Below are positions 40,759 through 51,695 of a stretch of 64,000 bases of DNA, piece by piece. Within the stretch, counting starts at the first letter, position 1; each line of letters starts with the position of its first letter. Below the pieces are notes generated by a model that did no database searches, had not been told where the DNA came from, and saw nothing but the letters and a program-made list of their open reading frames with translations. This DNA comes from Candidatus Saccharimonadota bacterium. GTDB taxonomy: Bacteria; Patescibacteriota; Saccharimonadia; CAILAD01; BJGX01. Position numbers and translations under genes: made by a program. The stretch lies in NCBI GenBank assembly GCA_016191105.1, contig JACPPH010000008.1:2667-66666 (forward strand), read 5' to 3'.

Positions 40759-42008
40759 GCAAGGCCGTAATTGAAATCAAAAATCTATCAAAGGCTTATC
40801 TTATAAGCCATGAGGCCAAGGCAGCGCCAGGAACAGTTACTTTTCGCGATGCTTTAGCAGGCGTGGTAAAAAAACCGATCGAACTTATTACTGGTCACAA
40901 GCTCAAAAAAGAAAAGTTTTGGGCTTTAAAAGAAATTGACTTAAATATTGAACAAGGCGACGTTATTGGCTTGATTGGCAAGAATGGTTCGGGGAAATCC
41001 ACTTTGCTCAAGGTGCTTTCTAGAATAGTTGAGCCTACTGACGGAGAGATTATTATGCGCGGTAAATCGGCCAGTCTTTTAGAGGTTGGTACTGGGTTTC
41101 ACCCCGAGCTCACAGGACGCGAGAATATCTACTTTAACGGCTCTATCTTGGGTATGAAAAAGAAAGAAATCGATGCCAAGTTCGATGAGATTGTGGCTTT
41201 TTCTGGTGTTGAAAAGTTTTTAGATACCCCGGTTAAGTTTTACAGTTCGGGCATGTATGTGCGTTTAGCCTTTGCGGTTGCTGCCCACTTGGAGCCAGAC
41301 ATTTTAATAGTTGACGAGGTTCTGGCGGTAGGCGACGCTGAATTTCAACGTAAAAGCTTGGGGAAAATGCGTGACGTAACTAGAAACAAACAACGCACGG
41401 TTATATTTGTTAGTCATAACATGGACTCCATAAGGAGCATTTGCAGTAAATGTATTTGGCTTAGCGGCGGCAAGATTATGGAGGTGGGGGAAACCTCAAA
41501 GGTTGTTGAAAGCTACTCCCAGTCTTCTAGCTCTTTGGCTTCTATCCCCGTAAAAGAGCGTAAGGACAGAAGCGGAAATGGGCACGCTAGATTTACCGAC
41601 ATAATAACTGAAAGCACTGTTGAAAAAGACCGCAGCATAAGGTGCTTTTTAAAGATTAATAATAAAACCAAAAATATGTATGACAATTTCAAGTTATCCA
41701 TAGATATAAATGACCACGAGGGTAATCAAGTAAGCAATCTAACTAACTATAGCGTGGGCGAAAAATTAGTCCTTAAACCTGGCAAAAACGAGTTTACATT
41801 AAATATTGAAGATGTTAACTTGTCACCGGGGGGCTATAGTTTAACAGCATTTATTGCTTCCGATCAATTCAACTCGGAAATATTTGACTGGGTAGAATCT
41901 GCATCTAGATTTGAGATAGCTGAATATGACTTTTACAACACAGGGGTTCCCCCCGTTGTCAAATCAAGGGAAGTCCTTCTGAACTTTAAATATAATGACA
42001 AGAAATAA
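40755..42008 (+). CDS. Polysaccharide ABC transporter ATPase with C-terminal domain (Wzt)
   Basis: GKNGSGKST, YSSGM, DEVLAVGD. Confidence 0.93.
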   Translation: MSKAVIEIKNLSKAYLISHEAKAAPGTVTFRDALAGVVKKPIELITGHKLKKEKFWALKEIDLNIEQGDVIGLIGKNGSGKSTLLKVLSRIVEPTDGEIIMRGKSASLLEVGTGFHPELTGRENIYFNGSILGMKKKEIDAKFDEIVAFSGVEKFLDTPVKFYSSGMYVRLAFAVAAHLEPDILIVDEVLAVGDAEFQRKSLGKMRDVTRNKQRTVIFVSHNMDSIRSICSKCIWLSGGKIMEVGETSKVVESYSQSSSSLASIPVKERKDRSGNGHARFTDIITESTVEKDRSIRCFLKINNKTKNMYDNFKLSIDINDHEGNQVSNLTNYSVGEKLVLKPGKNEFTLNIEDVNLSPGGYSLTAFIASDQFNSEIFDWVESASRFEIAEYDFYNTGVPPVVKSREVLLNFKYNDKK

Positions 42009-42882
42009 CTACTACAACATCAAAAAGGTCATTCCTAGTCGAGTAAAACGCTCCTTAAAAAAAATTCACAGCAAGGGAATTGATTTTAATAAAGAAAGAA
42101 AGAGAATTAAATATGATAATCCAACAGTTCTAACAGACCACTTTGGCATTAGGTTTATTCAGTATCCTTGGGATCTAACAAGTACTGATGATGCTATATC
42201 TCATGATTTTTACAAACCGGAGTTTATGGCCTATGATAAACTACTAAAAAAAAATGACGTTGTTATTGATTTAGGGGCAAATGTTGGTCTGCACAGTGTT
42301 TATATTGCTAAATTGCTAAAAGGAACTGGGCACATATATTCATTTGAGCCGGTTCCAGATACATATCGATTGATGCTTGAGACTCTCAGTTTAAATAGGG
42401 TCGATAATGTAAGTCCCTATATGGTTGCGATGGGTAATAAGCCGGGTAAAACCAAAATGAATATTTTTGATCAAAAATATTCGGCTTGGAATACATTTGG
42501 TAAACCGCAGTTTGGTGATCACAAGCCTACAAAATCGATCTTTGTTGAAACCCAAAAGTTAGACGGTTTTGCTAAACAAACCAAGATCAATAAAATTGAC
42601 TTCTTAAAAATTGATGTTGAAGGTTTTGAAAAACAAGTTCTGCAGGGCGCAGCTTTATTATTAAAAAACAATAAGATAAGTATTTTATCCTTTGAGGTTT
42701 CAGAAATACCCTTGAAGGGGGCAAATTCCAGTGCACGAGAGATCTTTAAGATACTTGAAGATTTTGGGTACAATAGTTATCGTTATAATCCTGAAAAAAA
42801 TAAGTTCACAGGTCCTTATAGTGACTCGAGTGAATTTTATGAAAATTACTACGCTTCTAAAAAGAACCTAACCTTAATATGA
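41995..42882 (+). CDS. FkbM-family methyltransferase
   Basis: DLGANVG, FEP, KIDVEGFE. Confidence 0.9.
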   Translation: MTRNNYYNIKKVIPSRVKRSLKKIHSKGIDFNKERKRIKYDNPTVLTDHFGIRFIQYPWDLTSTDDAISHDFYKPEFMAYDKLLKKNDVVIDLGANVGLHSVYIAKLLKGTGHIYSFEPVPDTYRLMLETLSLNRVDNVSPYMVAMGNKPGKTKMNIFDQKYSAWNTFGKPQFGDHKPTKSIFVETQKLDGFAKQTKINKIDFLKIDVEGFEKQVLQGAALLLKNNKISILSFEVSEIPLKGANSSAREIFKILEDFGYNSYRYNPEKNKFTGPYSDSSEFYENYYASKKNLTLI

Positions 42883-44459
42883 GAAAGAACCACAGTGAAG
42901 TTCCGGTAGTTTTATTTGTATTTAGTCGCGAGAAGCAGCTGGCAGAAGCACTAGAATGTCTAAAAGCCAACAATATCCCCATGCTCTACGTGTTTGCTGA
43001 CGGGCCAAGAAACACGGCCGATCAGCCAGGTGTAGAAAAGGTTAGAAAGCTGATAAATGACATTAATTGGACAACCGTAAAAAAAGTTTATGCTAAAAAC
43101 AACATGGGCCTGAGTGAGTCAATACAAAGAGGCTTAAACACGGTCTTTAAGAAATACGATAAAGCTATAATTCTCGAAGACGATGTTTGTGTGGCCCCCG
43201 GCTTTTTTGAATATATGAAACAGGCACTTAATAGATATGCCCAAGATAAGAGAATAGCGGGCGTTACAGGTCTAAGATATCCGTTTGACAGAAGAAATAT
43301 GGATAGCCTAAATAAAGATGTGTTTTTGGCGCCGCGTTTTTCGTCTTGGGGGTGGGCAACATGGAAGGACCGCTGGGAAAACTTGGATTTTAACCGCGAG
43401 TCATTACTCCAAAAAACAGAAAACAAGAACCCAGAGGTGCTATTACGCGGTGGTAGTGATTTGCTTGTGTCGTACCGGGCTGTGCAAGACGGTTCATTAA
43501 GCGGTTGTTGGGACTTTTACTACTATTTAAACATGGTTATAAACAATCAGTATTTTGTATGGCCAAAATATAACATGGTGGTTAACACCGACATTGCAGG
43601 CGGCAGCCACCCTTCGCAGGAAAAACCTAGCTGGACCTTAACGTGGGAAAAATCAGATAAAAAATCGTTTATTATGCCAAAGAGCCTAACAATAAATGAT
43701 AATATAATAGATGATTTTCTAGTGTTTTTTGATGAATTTCCAACTAATCAGAGGGTTAATATGAAGTCGCAACTAAAAAAAGTATTTAACAAACTTGGCT
43801 ACAAAATTGAACGGGTGCCTAAAGAATCCGGTAGTAGCAAGGATCCATCTGAATACACAACCACAGACGGCCCTATAGAGGTGCCTTGCCAAAAAGAATC
43901 TTACTTTTATGCCTTAAACCGCTTTGTAAAAGAGGGCGATAAAGTGCTCGATGTCGGCATGGGAATTGGATATGGCATGAATCTTCTTTCAATTAGCGCT
44001 AAAGAGGTTTATGCTGTTGACGTAGATGAGAAAGCTGTGGATTATTGCACCAAGCATGTGCTAGGTAAGAATCCTAAAGTTAAAGAACTAAAAAAGTACG
44101 ATGGCTACCACCTACCGTATAAAGATAATTTTTTCGATGTTGTTACATGCGTAGATGTTGTTGAGCATGTGGAAGATTACGACAAATTTATTGATGAGTT
44201 ATTGCGGGTATCTAAAAGAGTCGTATTCTTTGCCACACCAAATCGACGCCCCGAATACACCAACCCAGACGGCACCCCAAAAAATTATTGGCATTTGCGC
44301 GAATGGTCGTTCGAGGAGCTGGATAAGATCGTAAGAAGCCACACCAAAAAAATAACCTGGGCATTTTTGGACGGACCCTGGGAGGGGCCATTTAAAACAG
44401 TAAAGACGGTTGGCGAAGACACTCTAGTATTAATGCCCGCATTAGTTAAGAAGGACTGA
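42879..44459 (+). CDS. GT-A glycosyltransferase fused to a class I SAM methyltransferase
   Basis: FADG, ILEDD, SWGWATW; then VLDVGMGIG, DVVEHV. Confidence 0.8.
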   Translation: MRKNHSEVPVVLFVFSREKQLAEALECLKANNIPMLYVFADGPRNTADQPGVEKVRKLINDINWTTVKKVYAKNNMGLSESIQRGLNTVFKKYDKAIILEDDVCVAPGFFEYMKQALNRYAQDKRIAGVTGLRYPFDRRNMDSLNKDVFLAPRFSSWGWATWKDRWENLDFNRESLLQKTENKNPEVLLRGGSDLLVSYRAVQDGSLSGCWDFYYYLNMVINNQYFVWPKYNMVVNTDIAGGSHPSQEKPSWTLTWEKSDKKSFIMPKSLTINDNIIDDFLVFFDEFPTNQRVNMKSQLKKVFNKLGYKIERVPKESGSSKDPSEYTTTDGPIEVPCQKESYFYALNRFVKEGDKVLDVGMGIGYGMNLLSISAKEVYAVDVDEKAVDYCTKHVLGKNPKVKELKKYDGYHLPYKDNFFDVVTCVDVVEHVEDYDKFIDELLRVSKRVVFFATPNRRPEYTNPDGTPKNYWHLREWSFEELDKIVRSHTKKITWAFLDGPWEGPFKTVKTVGEDTLVLMPALVKKD

Positions 44460-44465
44460 TTTTGT

Positions 44466-45284
44466 ATGAGGGGGGTGATAAAAAATGTTGCTAATAAATA
44501 TGGCTATGAGATACGCCGACTAGACAGGGAAGAGACAAAAGGCTCGTCTCACTTGGGGGAAGATTTAAAAATAAAGAGATATCTAAAGACATTTCCCTCC
44601 ATTAATCAGTATTTTGTCGATATCGGTGCAAGTAATGGACTGGAGATGTCAAATTCATATAGCTTTTATAAATCTGGCTGGTCAGGATTGGCGGTTGAGT
44701 GTGATCCTGCAAAGTTTCACATACTAGCTCAGTCTTTAAAGGACTACGATGTTAGTTTAGCCAAGACGTTTGTTACCCCTTTGAATGTTTTACCACTTTT
44801 GAAGAGTTTTAAAGTGCCAAAAAAGTTTGGTGTTTTAAGTCTAGATATAGATGGCTATGACTATTTTGTGTTGTCAAAGACTCTTGAAGAATTTAGACCC
44901 CAACTAATAATAGCCGAAATTAATGAAAAGATTCCTCCGACCCTGGACTTCTCTGTTAAGTATTCAGAAGATTATTTTTGGGCCGGCGATCATTTTTATG
45001 GCCAAAGCATTTCTATGCTACATAAGCTAGCAAAGAATAATAGGTACAAGCTAGCAGAGGTCTATTACAACAATGCCATATATGTAACTTCGGAATCGCA
45101 GGCAAAGGGTTTGGATCCCCGAGAAGCCTATATGAAGGGCTATCTTAAAAAAGCTGATCGAAAAGAGAAGTTTCCGTGGAATAATGAGTTTGACCCTGTA
45201 TACGATCTACCCCCTAAAGAGCAACATAAGTTTTTTAAGGACCTATATTCTGATAAAACTAACTTTATACTGAACAAAGCCTAA
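44466..45284 (+). CDS. FkbM-like methyltransferase
   Basis: FVDIGASNG, GWSGLAVE, LSLDIDGYDY. Confidence 0.75.
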   Translation: MRGVIKNVANKYGYEIRRLDREETKGSSHLGEDLKIKRYLKTFPSINQYFVDIGASNGLEMSNSYSFYKSGWSGLAVECDPAKFHILAQSLKDYDVSLAKTFVTPLNVLPLLKSFKVPKKFGVLSLDIDGYDYFVLSKTLEEFRPQLIIAEINEKIPPTLDFSVKYSEDYFWAGDHFYGQSISMLHKLAKNNRYKLAEVYYNNAIYVTSESQAKGLDPREAYMKGYLKKADRKEKFPWNNEFDPVYDLPPKEQHKFFKDLYSDKTNFILNKA

Positions 45285-45285
45285 A

Positions 45286-46140
45286 ATGCTGGGTCAACTC
45301 AAGCACCACATAAAAAAACGCCTTTTCACCGATGTAGACGAGAGTATACAAAAAAATATCCAAAAGTTTGTAAGAAGTATCGATAGGGAAAAGATACGTC
45401 AAGCTAAACGACCGGCCGACTTTGAAGGCTCTATAGAGATAGTGATACCATGTTACAATCATGGCCACTTTCTACCGCGAGCACTCAAAAGTATTCGGAA
45501 CCAAACATACAAAAAAGCACTAACTGTAACAGTTGTTAATGACAACTCTCAAGACAGCTCATTTGAAGTGATGGAGCGACTACAGTTAGAAAACAAAACC
45601 AAAAATATCGATCTCAATCTGATTAATAACGATTCAGGTAGTAATCTAAAGCAATTCGGCGCCCTCAACTTGGCAATTCAGGGCTCCAAAAATAAACTAT
45701 TTATTACTCTAAATGCCGACGATATATTAACGACAGATTGTTTAGAGCTGATTGTAGAAACCTACAAAAACAACCCCAGCATATATATGTTGGGCGGCAG
45801 CAGTTTGTGGTTTAAAGAGGGCGAGAAACTACCTGCGCACCATGCGATCCGGTCTCAGAATCTTGCTTTAACTAAATACGGCCCCAAAGATGCTCTACAG
45901 TTTAATCATCTTAACAGTATCAACATGAGCCAGTCGTCTTGTTCATTCTTTCGCGTGGCTTGGGAATTAGTGGGTGGTTATTTCCCCCCAGAAAAGCGCG
46001 TTTGTTCTTTCGATGATCGAGATTTTCAAATGCGGGTTAGCTCGGTACTGCCAGTAGGGGTATACCAAGATTATCCAATGGTATATTACAGCTCTGACAC
46101 CTCAGTAAGCCGTACAGTTGAAGGGCACTATGATACTTAA
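45286..46140 (+). CDS. Glycosyltransferase family 2
   Basis: VIPCYN, VNDNSQD, LNADD. Confidence 0.85.
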   Translation: MLGQLKHHIKKRLFTDVDESIQKNIQKFVRSIDREKIRQAKRPADFEGSIEIVIPCYNHGHFLPRALKSIRNQTYKKALTVTVVNDNSQDSSFEVMERLQLENKTKNIDLNLINNDSGSNLKQFGALNLAIQGSKNKLFITLNADDILTTDCLELIVETYKNNPSIYMLGGSSLWFKEGEKLPAHHAIRSQNLALTKYGPKDALQFNHLNSINMSQSSCSFFRVAWELVGGYFPPEKRVCSFDDRDFQMRVSSVLPVGVYQDYPMVYYSSDTSVSRTVEGHYDT

Positions 46141-47278
46141 GCGACTACTTAGGCTAAAAAATCGCCCAAGAAATCCTCAAAAAAGGATAATTGGCTACAA
46201 TCAATATCTAAAAAGTAACTATGACAAGCGAGTGTTAGTAAGCTACTTAGTGCCGCCGGTTTTGGACGAGCTAGAGAGCAGGCCCACGCCGCTTTTTTCG
46301 AACAACGGGGCGGGGCGCACAATTCCCAAGGTTCTAAACCAACTTGGCTATGTGGTTGATGTGATTAATTGGGACGACACCGGTCCGATTGAGGGCGAAT
46401 ATGACATAGTAATTTATCATGGCGGCAAAAACTTTGCCAACATAGAAAAATTAAAATCTGCCGACAACAAACTGGTATATTATTCCACTGGGAGCTACTG
46501 GAAGTATCACAATAGCCAAGAGGAAAGACGAGCCGAGTACTTTAAGCAACGACACAACATGGAATATAAGTTGGATCGCAAAATAGCCGATTCCGAAGAG
46601 CTGGCCAACAAAAATGCCGATGCTATCATAGTGCTCGGTAACCGCGATGCCGCTAAGACATACTCGGGCTTTAAAGATGTTTACAATCTAGAGGGCGCCT
46701 CCATGTCAATAAAAAATCCGCGTAAAATACTAGAGACAAAAAGTGGAAAACTTGGCTTTTTGTTTATGGCGGGACCAGGCAACCTACACAAAGGGCTAGA
46801 TATTATACTCGATGCCTGGCAAAAGCTGCCGAATAATTTTGAGTTACACATTATTACATATCTTGATGGCGAGTTTACGAGTATCTACAAAGACGTATTG
46901 TATAATACGCCAAACATACATACCCATGGCTATGTTCTACAAAGGAGCAGCGAGTATTACGAGGCAATAAAAGATTGTCAGTTCAGCATACTTATGTCGT
47001 GTAGTGAGGGTAGCCCAGGGTCAGCTATAGAATCCTTGCACCAAGGGCTCATACCGGTCCTTAGTAAAGAGAGCCACGTTGATGTGGACGGCCACGGCTA
47101 CACACTAAAAGACGATAGAGTAGAAACACTAGTCGACCTGCTTAACACGATTAACAAGCTAACGTCTCGAGAAATTAAGAGTAAACAGGAAAAAACTAGG
47201 CTCTGGGCAGAAAAAAAGTTTACTATTAAGCATTACGAAGACCGCCTTAAAGAAATAATCGAGGAAGTAACCAAATGA
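46130..47278 (+). CDS. Glycosyltransferase (GT-B, GT4-like)
   Basis: HKGLD; EGSPGSAIE (Ex7E). Confidence 0.78.
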   Translation: MILKRLLRLKNRPRNPQKRIIGYNQYLKSNYDKRVLVSYLVPPVLDELESRPTPLFSNNGAGRTIPKVLNQLGYVVDVINWDDTGPIEGEYDIVIYHGGKNFANIEKLKSADNKLVYYSTGSYWKYHNSQEERRAEYFKQRHNMEYKLDRKIADSEELANKNADAIIVLGNRDAAKTYSGFKDVYNLEGASMSIKNPRKILETKSGKLGFLFMAGPGNLHKGLDIILDAWQKLPNNFELHIITYLDGEFTSIYKDVLYNTPNIHTHGYVLQRSSEYYEAIKDCQFSILMSCSEGSPGSAIESLHQGLIPVLSKESHVDVDGHGYTLKDDRVETLVDLLNTINKLTSREIKSKQEKTRLWAEKKFTIKHYEDRLKEIIEEVTK

Positions 47279-48405
47279 GAATCGGCATCTCCTTGCTGGA
47301 TTTTCAGCCAAATAAATCGGGCGGCATTGAAACCTATTGTCGAGACCTTATCTCGGGGCTCGAAACGATTGATCAAAAAAACGAATACTATGTATTGTTA
47401 AACCTCCACAACGCCAAGACAATCAAGGTGGGGGCAAAAAACTTTTACATTGTTTATGCCGACAAAAGATCGTTTGCTCGAAAAGTTTTGGGCAAGTTGG
47501 GTAAACGCGTCTCAAACGAAGAACTTATGAGTCGTTTTGTAGAAAACCTAGGTCTTGATTTGCTTCACTTTCCACTGCAAACTGTTCAGCCATACTTATT
47601 AGGTACTTCTGTGAAAAAAATAGTCAGCATTATGGATATTCAGCAAGAATACTTTCCTGAGTTTTTTGATAAAAAGGATCTAGCTTTTCGAAGAAAAGCC
47701 TATAAGCAGTCTTGTGATTCAGCCGTCGCAGTAATTAGTATTTCTGAATTCACCAAGCAATGCTTGGTACAAAAACTCTCGATTGCTCAAAGAAAGATTA
47801 TTACCGTTCATCTAAACTACAACGCCAGTCTGCTCGATAAAAAATCTATAAAAAGGTCAACCGACAAACCTTATTTTTACTACCCGGCCGCCACATGGCC
47901 GCACAAGAATCACCTACGCTTACTCCAGGCCTTCTCGGAATTTTCAAAAGAATATCCCAACTACCAGCTGGTCTTAACCGGAATAAAAAAGCAAAAAGGA
48001 GATGAGGTTCAGAAATATATAAACAAAAATAACCTTGGCAAAGTTATTAAGTCTTTAGGCTACGTAGACAATGATGAGCTACCGGGTCTTTACCAAAATG
48101 CCTTCGGCCTTATTTTCCCCTCACTCTTCGAGGGGTTTGGTATACCGGTAGTAGATGCTATGGTGTGTGGCTGCCCAGTGATCTGCTCAAACACCACCTC
48201 GCTACCCGAGGTGGGTGGAAATGCAGTTCTGTACTGTAATCCGCAATCTATAAAAGACATTGCATTAAAAATGACCAAACTAGCCGAAAACGAAAAACTA
48301 AGAGCTAACTTGATAAAAAGGGGTAGGGTTCAGGCTAAAAAATTTACCAAAGAAAAAATGGTTAAGAATACCTTGAAAGTCTATGAGAAGGTTGCGAGAA
48401 TGTAA
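47275..48405 (+). CDS. Glycosyltransferase family 4
   Basis: WPHKN, FPSLFEGFGIP, SLPEV. Confidence 0.9.
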   Translation: MRIGISLLDFQPNKSGGIETYCRDLISGLETIDQKNEYYVLLNLHNAKTIKVGAKNFYIVYADKRSFARKVLGKLGKRVSNEELMSRFVENLGLDLLHFPLQTVQPYLLGTSVKKIVSIMDIQQEYFPEFFDKKDLAFRRKAYKQSCDSAVAVISISEFTKQCLVQKLSIAQRKIITVHLNYNASLLDKKSIKRSTDKPYFYYPAATWPHKNHLRLLQAFSEFSKEYPNYQLVLTGIKKQKGDEVQKYINKNNLGKVIKSLGYVDNDELPGLYQNAFGLIFPSLFEGFGIPVVDAMVCGCPVICSNTTSLPEVGGNAVLYCNPQSIKDIALKMTKLAENEKLRANLIKRGRVQAKKFTKEKMVKNTLKVYEKVARM

Positions 48406-48407
48406 CG

Positions 48408-49322
48408 ATGGCAAAATCCAAACACCCAAGCGTATTCGTAGTTACACCAATCTTCAATCGCAAAGAACACACCCTGGCGTTTCTAAAAACACTTTTTGAA
48501 AACGACTACCCCAACTTTACAATGGTTATTGTAGACGATGGTTCGACCGACGGCAGTTCTGAGGCCATTAAGGCTAAATTCCCTAAAACTACCATACTAA
48601 AAGGCACGGGCAGTCTGTATTGGACAGGCTGTACAAATCTTGGTGTTGACTATGCTTTAAAACACGGCGCGGACTACATAATAACCGTGAATAACGATGT
48701 TGAGTTAAGATCAAGCTGGATATCAGAGCTGGTTGAGTGTGCCCAAAAGAACCCCAAGGCCTTAGTTGGCTCACTAATTTACTTTATGAACGACCGAAAA
48801 AGGGTTTGGTACTTTGGTGCTGATTTTAACTATGAAACTGGTGAGCTTTATCATAAAGAGGATGAGCCAAAGAGCAAGCGGCCAATAGAGTCTAAGTGGC
48901 TCACCGGCATGGGCGTGTTAATACCGGCCGGTGCTTTTAAAGATGTAGGCCATTACGATATCGAAAAGTTCCCGCAGTATTTTGCCGATGCCGACTTCTC
49001 ACTTCGAGCCGCCAAAAAAGGTTATAAACTTTTGGTAACACCCAAGGCTGTTCTATACAATGACAGTAAGTCTGACAGTGGCGGAAAACTTATGGCTCAG
49101 TATAAGCTCAGAGCTGTGCCAAAATTACTCTTTACCCCATATTTTAGTGATAGCATAAAAGTTCGCAAAGAGTTCTATAGGCGATATTTTGGTGAAGATT
49201 ACAAAAAAATATATAGACACTACTATAGACATCGTTGGGCACAATTTTATGGCCCCTATGTAAGGCACTGCGTTAGACTTAAGTTGGTTAGAATAGCGAA
49301 ATGGCTGGGAGTAAAAAAATGA
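48408..49322 (+). CDS. Glycosyltransferase family 2
   Basis: VDDGSTDGS, NND, DADF. Confidence 0.9.
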   Translation: MAKSKHPSVFVVTPIFNRKEHTLAFLKTLFENDYPNFTMVIVDDGSTDGSSEAIKAKFPKTTILKGTGSLYWTGCTNLGVDYALKHGADYIITVNNDVELRSSWISELVECAQKNPKALVGSLIYFMNDRKRVWYFGADFNYETGELYHKEDEPKSKRPIESKWLTGMGVLIPAGAFKDVGHYDIEKFPQYFADADFSLRAAKKGYKLLVTPKAVLYNDSKSDSGGKLMAQYKLRAVPKLLFTPYFSDSIKVRKEFYRRYFGEDYKKIYRHYYRHRWAQFYGPYVRHCVRLKLVRIAKWLGVKK

Positions 49323-50521
49323 AAATAGGCATAGATTTAAGACCGCTTAGTCTAGGCAACAAATATCGTGGCATTGGAATGTATATTAGTCGTTTGGTAC
49401 ATCAATTGTCGGCTATTGATCATACTAACGACTATGTTTTATTTGTGAATGATAAAGATATTATCGAACCGCTTGGTCTCGACCCGAAGTTTAAATTTAC
49501 GACAGTTATCGCCCCCAACAACTACATGCAAAACATTAAATATTTAAGGGCTTTTGTGGTTAAGACGCCGAAACTTAACATATCAAAAAGCAATATCGAT
49601 GTGTTCTTCCAAACCGATGTTTCATTTAGAATCCAGGCCGGCTCAATACCAGTAGTGGCTGTGCTATACGACTTAATCCCATTGCTCTACAAAGACAAAT
49701 ACTTAAAGCCTGAACTGTCAGGATTTAGGCCGGGTAGCTTGTTGGAATATTATAGAAGACTAAGACTTAGAAAGCTGTATTTCAAGAACTTAGAATACTA
49801 TTACAAAGCCACTAAGATAGTAAGTATTTCTAATGCATCTAAAAGGGACTTAATAAAGTTTGACGGTCGTATTAAGCCCACCAAGGTGTCAACCATATAT
49901 CTAGCTGCTGACTCGCTGCCTAAACAAGATCCTGCCACAAAGACGCTTCTAAAAAAAGCCAACGTTGCCAAAAAGTTTTTGCTATATGTCGGCGGGGCCG
50001 ACTACAGAAAGGGTGTCAACACAGTTATACCCGAGCTTAATAAACTCTTAACAGAAAATGACCTTAATTTACTTCTTGTGGGCAACGAGTTTGTGCATAC
50101 GGAGCTTAAAGAAACAAGAGCAGTTCTCGGTAATATCAAAAAACTAACAAATCCAAATAGCGTTAAACGCATTGGGTTTGTTAGTGATGCACAGCTAAAC
50201 TGGCTTTACCACCACGCCGAAGCCTTTCTGTTTCCAAGCCAGTACGAGGGTTTTGGCCTGCCAATATTAGAAGCTATGCAGGCTGGCTGTCCGGTAATTG
50301 CTTACAACAACTCCTCAATACCAGAGGTGGCGGGTAGCGCCACAATTCTGGCCGAAAACAATAAGGAGTTTGTGGATGGCGTAACGAGAGTATTGAAAGA
50401 CGCTGCGTTTCGCCGCCAGTTAATTGCCCAAGGCCACGAGCAAGTTAAAAAGTTTAGCTGGCAAAATACAGCCCGCCAGACCCTCCAAGTACTTGAATCT
50501 GTCGGTAGGCATCGGTCATAA
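49319..50521 (+). CDS. Glycosyltransferase family 4
   Basis: RGIG, YDLIP, FPSQYEGFGLPILE. Confidence 0.9.
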   Translation: MKIGIDLRPLSLGNKYRGIGMYISRLVHQLSAIDHTNDYVLFVNDKDIIEPLGLDPKFKFTTVIAPNNYMQNIKYLRAFVVKTPKLNISKSNIDVFFQTDVSFRIQAGSIPVVAVLYDLIPLLYKDKYLKPELSGFRPGSLLEYYRRLRLRKLYFKNLEYYYKATKIVSISNASKRDLIKFDGRIKPTKVSTIYLAADSLPKQDPATKTLLKKANVAKKFLLYVGGADYRKGVNTVIPELNKLLTENDLNLLLVGNEFVHTELKETRAVLGNIKKLTNPNSVKRIGFVSDAQLNWLYHHAEAFLFPSQYEGFGLPILEAMQAGCPVIAYNNSSIPEVAGSATILAENNKEFVDGVTRVLKDAAFRRQLIAQGHEQVKKFSWQNTARQTLQVLESVGRHRS

Positions 50522-50531
50522 TGGGTGAGCT

Positions 50532-51683
50532 ATGAAAATATTTTTTGAGGCAACCCCAACTTTTAACAACAAGCGAGTGCCTGCAGCAGGCATAGCACAC
50601 TACATTTTTCATATTTACCAAGGCATGAAGCAGTATGACAAGGCTAACGACTATATTGTTTTTGGCCTCTACTTCTTAACTCGATCAACCGAGTTCAAAG
50701 AGCTCTACCCAAAAGACACACGCTTTAAGTTAATAAGGTACGTGCCAGCTAAGATTTTTAATCTCGCCAATCGTCGGGCTATTTTACCCCCTATAGAGCT
50801 TATGACTGCGGCTAAAGCCGATGTATACTTATTTACTCACTTTCGCCGCTTTCCAACGCTGTCAGGTGCTAAGACAGCAACAATTATTTACGATACAGGC
50901 TATCATTATTACCCCGAGACAATTAACAAAAAAAATCTTAAATATCTTGAGCGCCGCGTACCCCAAACAGTCAAAAAATCTGACCTTATAATCACTATTT
51001 CCGAAGCCGCCAAGCAAGACATTGTAAAGATATATGGTGCCAATCCAGAAAAGGTGGTAGTTGCGACATGCGGCATAGATACCAACAAGTTTAAGCCGGG
51101 TAAATTGAGTGAGTCGGTGCGCAAAAAATATGGGCTTCCTGCTAAGTACTTGTTATTCGTAGGAAGCATTGAGCCTCGTAAAAACATTGAACGCTTGGTG
51201 CAAGCCTATAATTCATTGCCGGCAAAACTGCAAAAAGAATATGCGCTTGTGTTGGCTGGCGGCAAGGGCTGGAACGACGAAGGCATTCATAATGCTATTA
51301 AGTCGGTTAAAGAGCCCGGCAGGGTAGTGGTGACTGGCTATGTCGATGAGGATGACATAGAGCAACTATACCGGGGCGCTACACTCTATACCTTTCCAAG
51401 TCTTTATGAGGGCTTTGGCATGTCTATACTTGAAGCCATGGCCTGTGACGTGCCGGTGTTAACAGCTAACAACTCGTCGCTGCCAGAAGTTGGTGGCGAT
51501 GCGGCGCTGTATGCCAATGAGAAAGATGTAAAAGACATTGCTAGCAAGATTGAGTTTGCTCTAACGCATCAAAAAGAAATGCAGGCTCTTGTGCAAAAGG
51601 GTAGAGAGCAGATTAAAAAATTCAGTTGGGACAAATCAGCACAAGTGATAGTTGATAGCTTGAACAAACTCTCCAAGCGGTAG
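50532..51683 (+). CDS. Glycosyltransferase family 4
   Basis: EPRKN, FPSLYEGFGMSILE. Confidence 0.9.
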   Translation: MKIFFEATPTFNNKRVPAAGIAHYIFHIYQGMKQYDKANDYIVFGLYFLTRSTEFKELYPKDTRFKLIRYVPAKIFNLANRRAILPPIELMTAAKADVYLFTHFRRFPTLSGAKTATIIYDTGYHYYPETINKKNLKYLERRVPQTVKKSDLIITISEAAKQDIVKIYGANPEKVVVATCGIDTNKFKPGKLSESVRKKYGLPAKYLLFVGSIEPRKNIERLVQAYNSLPAKLQKEYALVLAGGKGWNDEGIHNAIKSVKEPGRVVVTGYVDEDDIEQLYRGATLYTFPSLYEGFGMSILEAMACDVPVLTANNSSLPEVGGDAALYANEKDVKDIASKIEFALTHQKEMQALVQKGREQIKKFSWDKSAQVIVDSLNKLSKR

Positions 51684-51695
51684 TTTCAACTAAAG

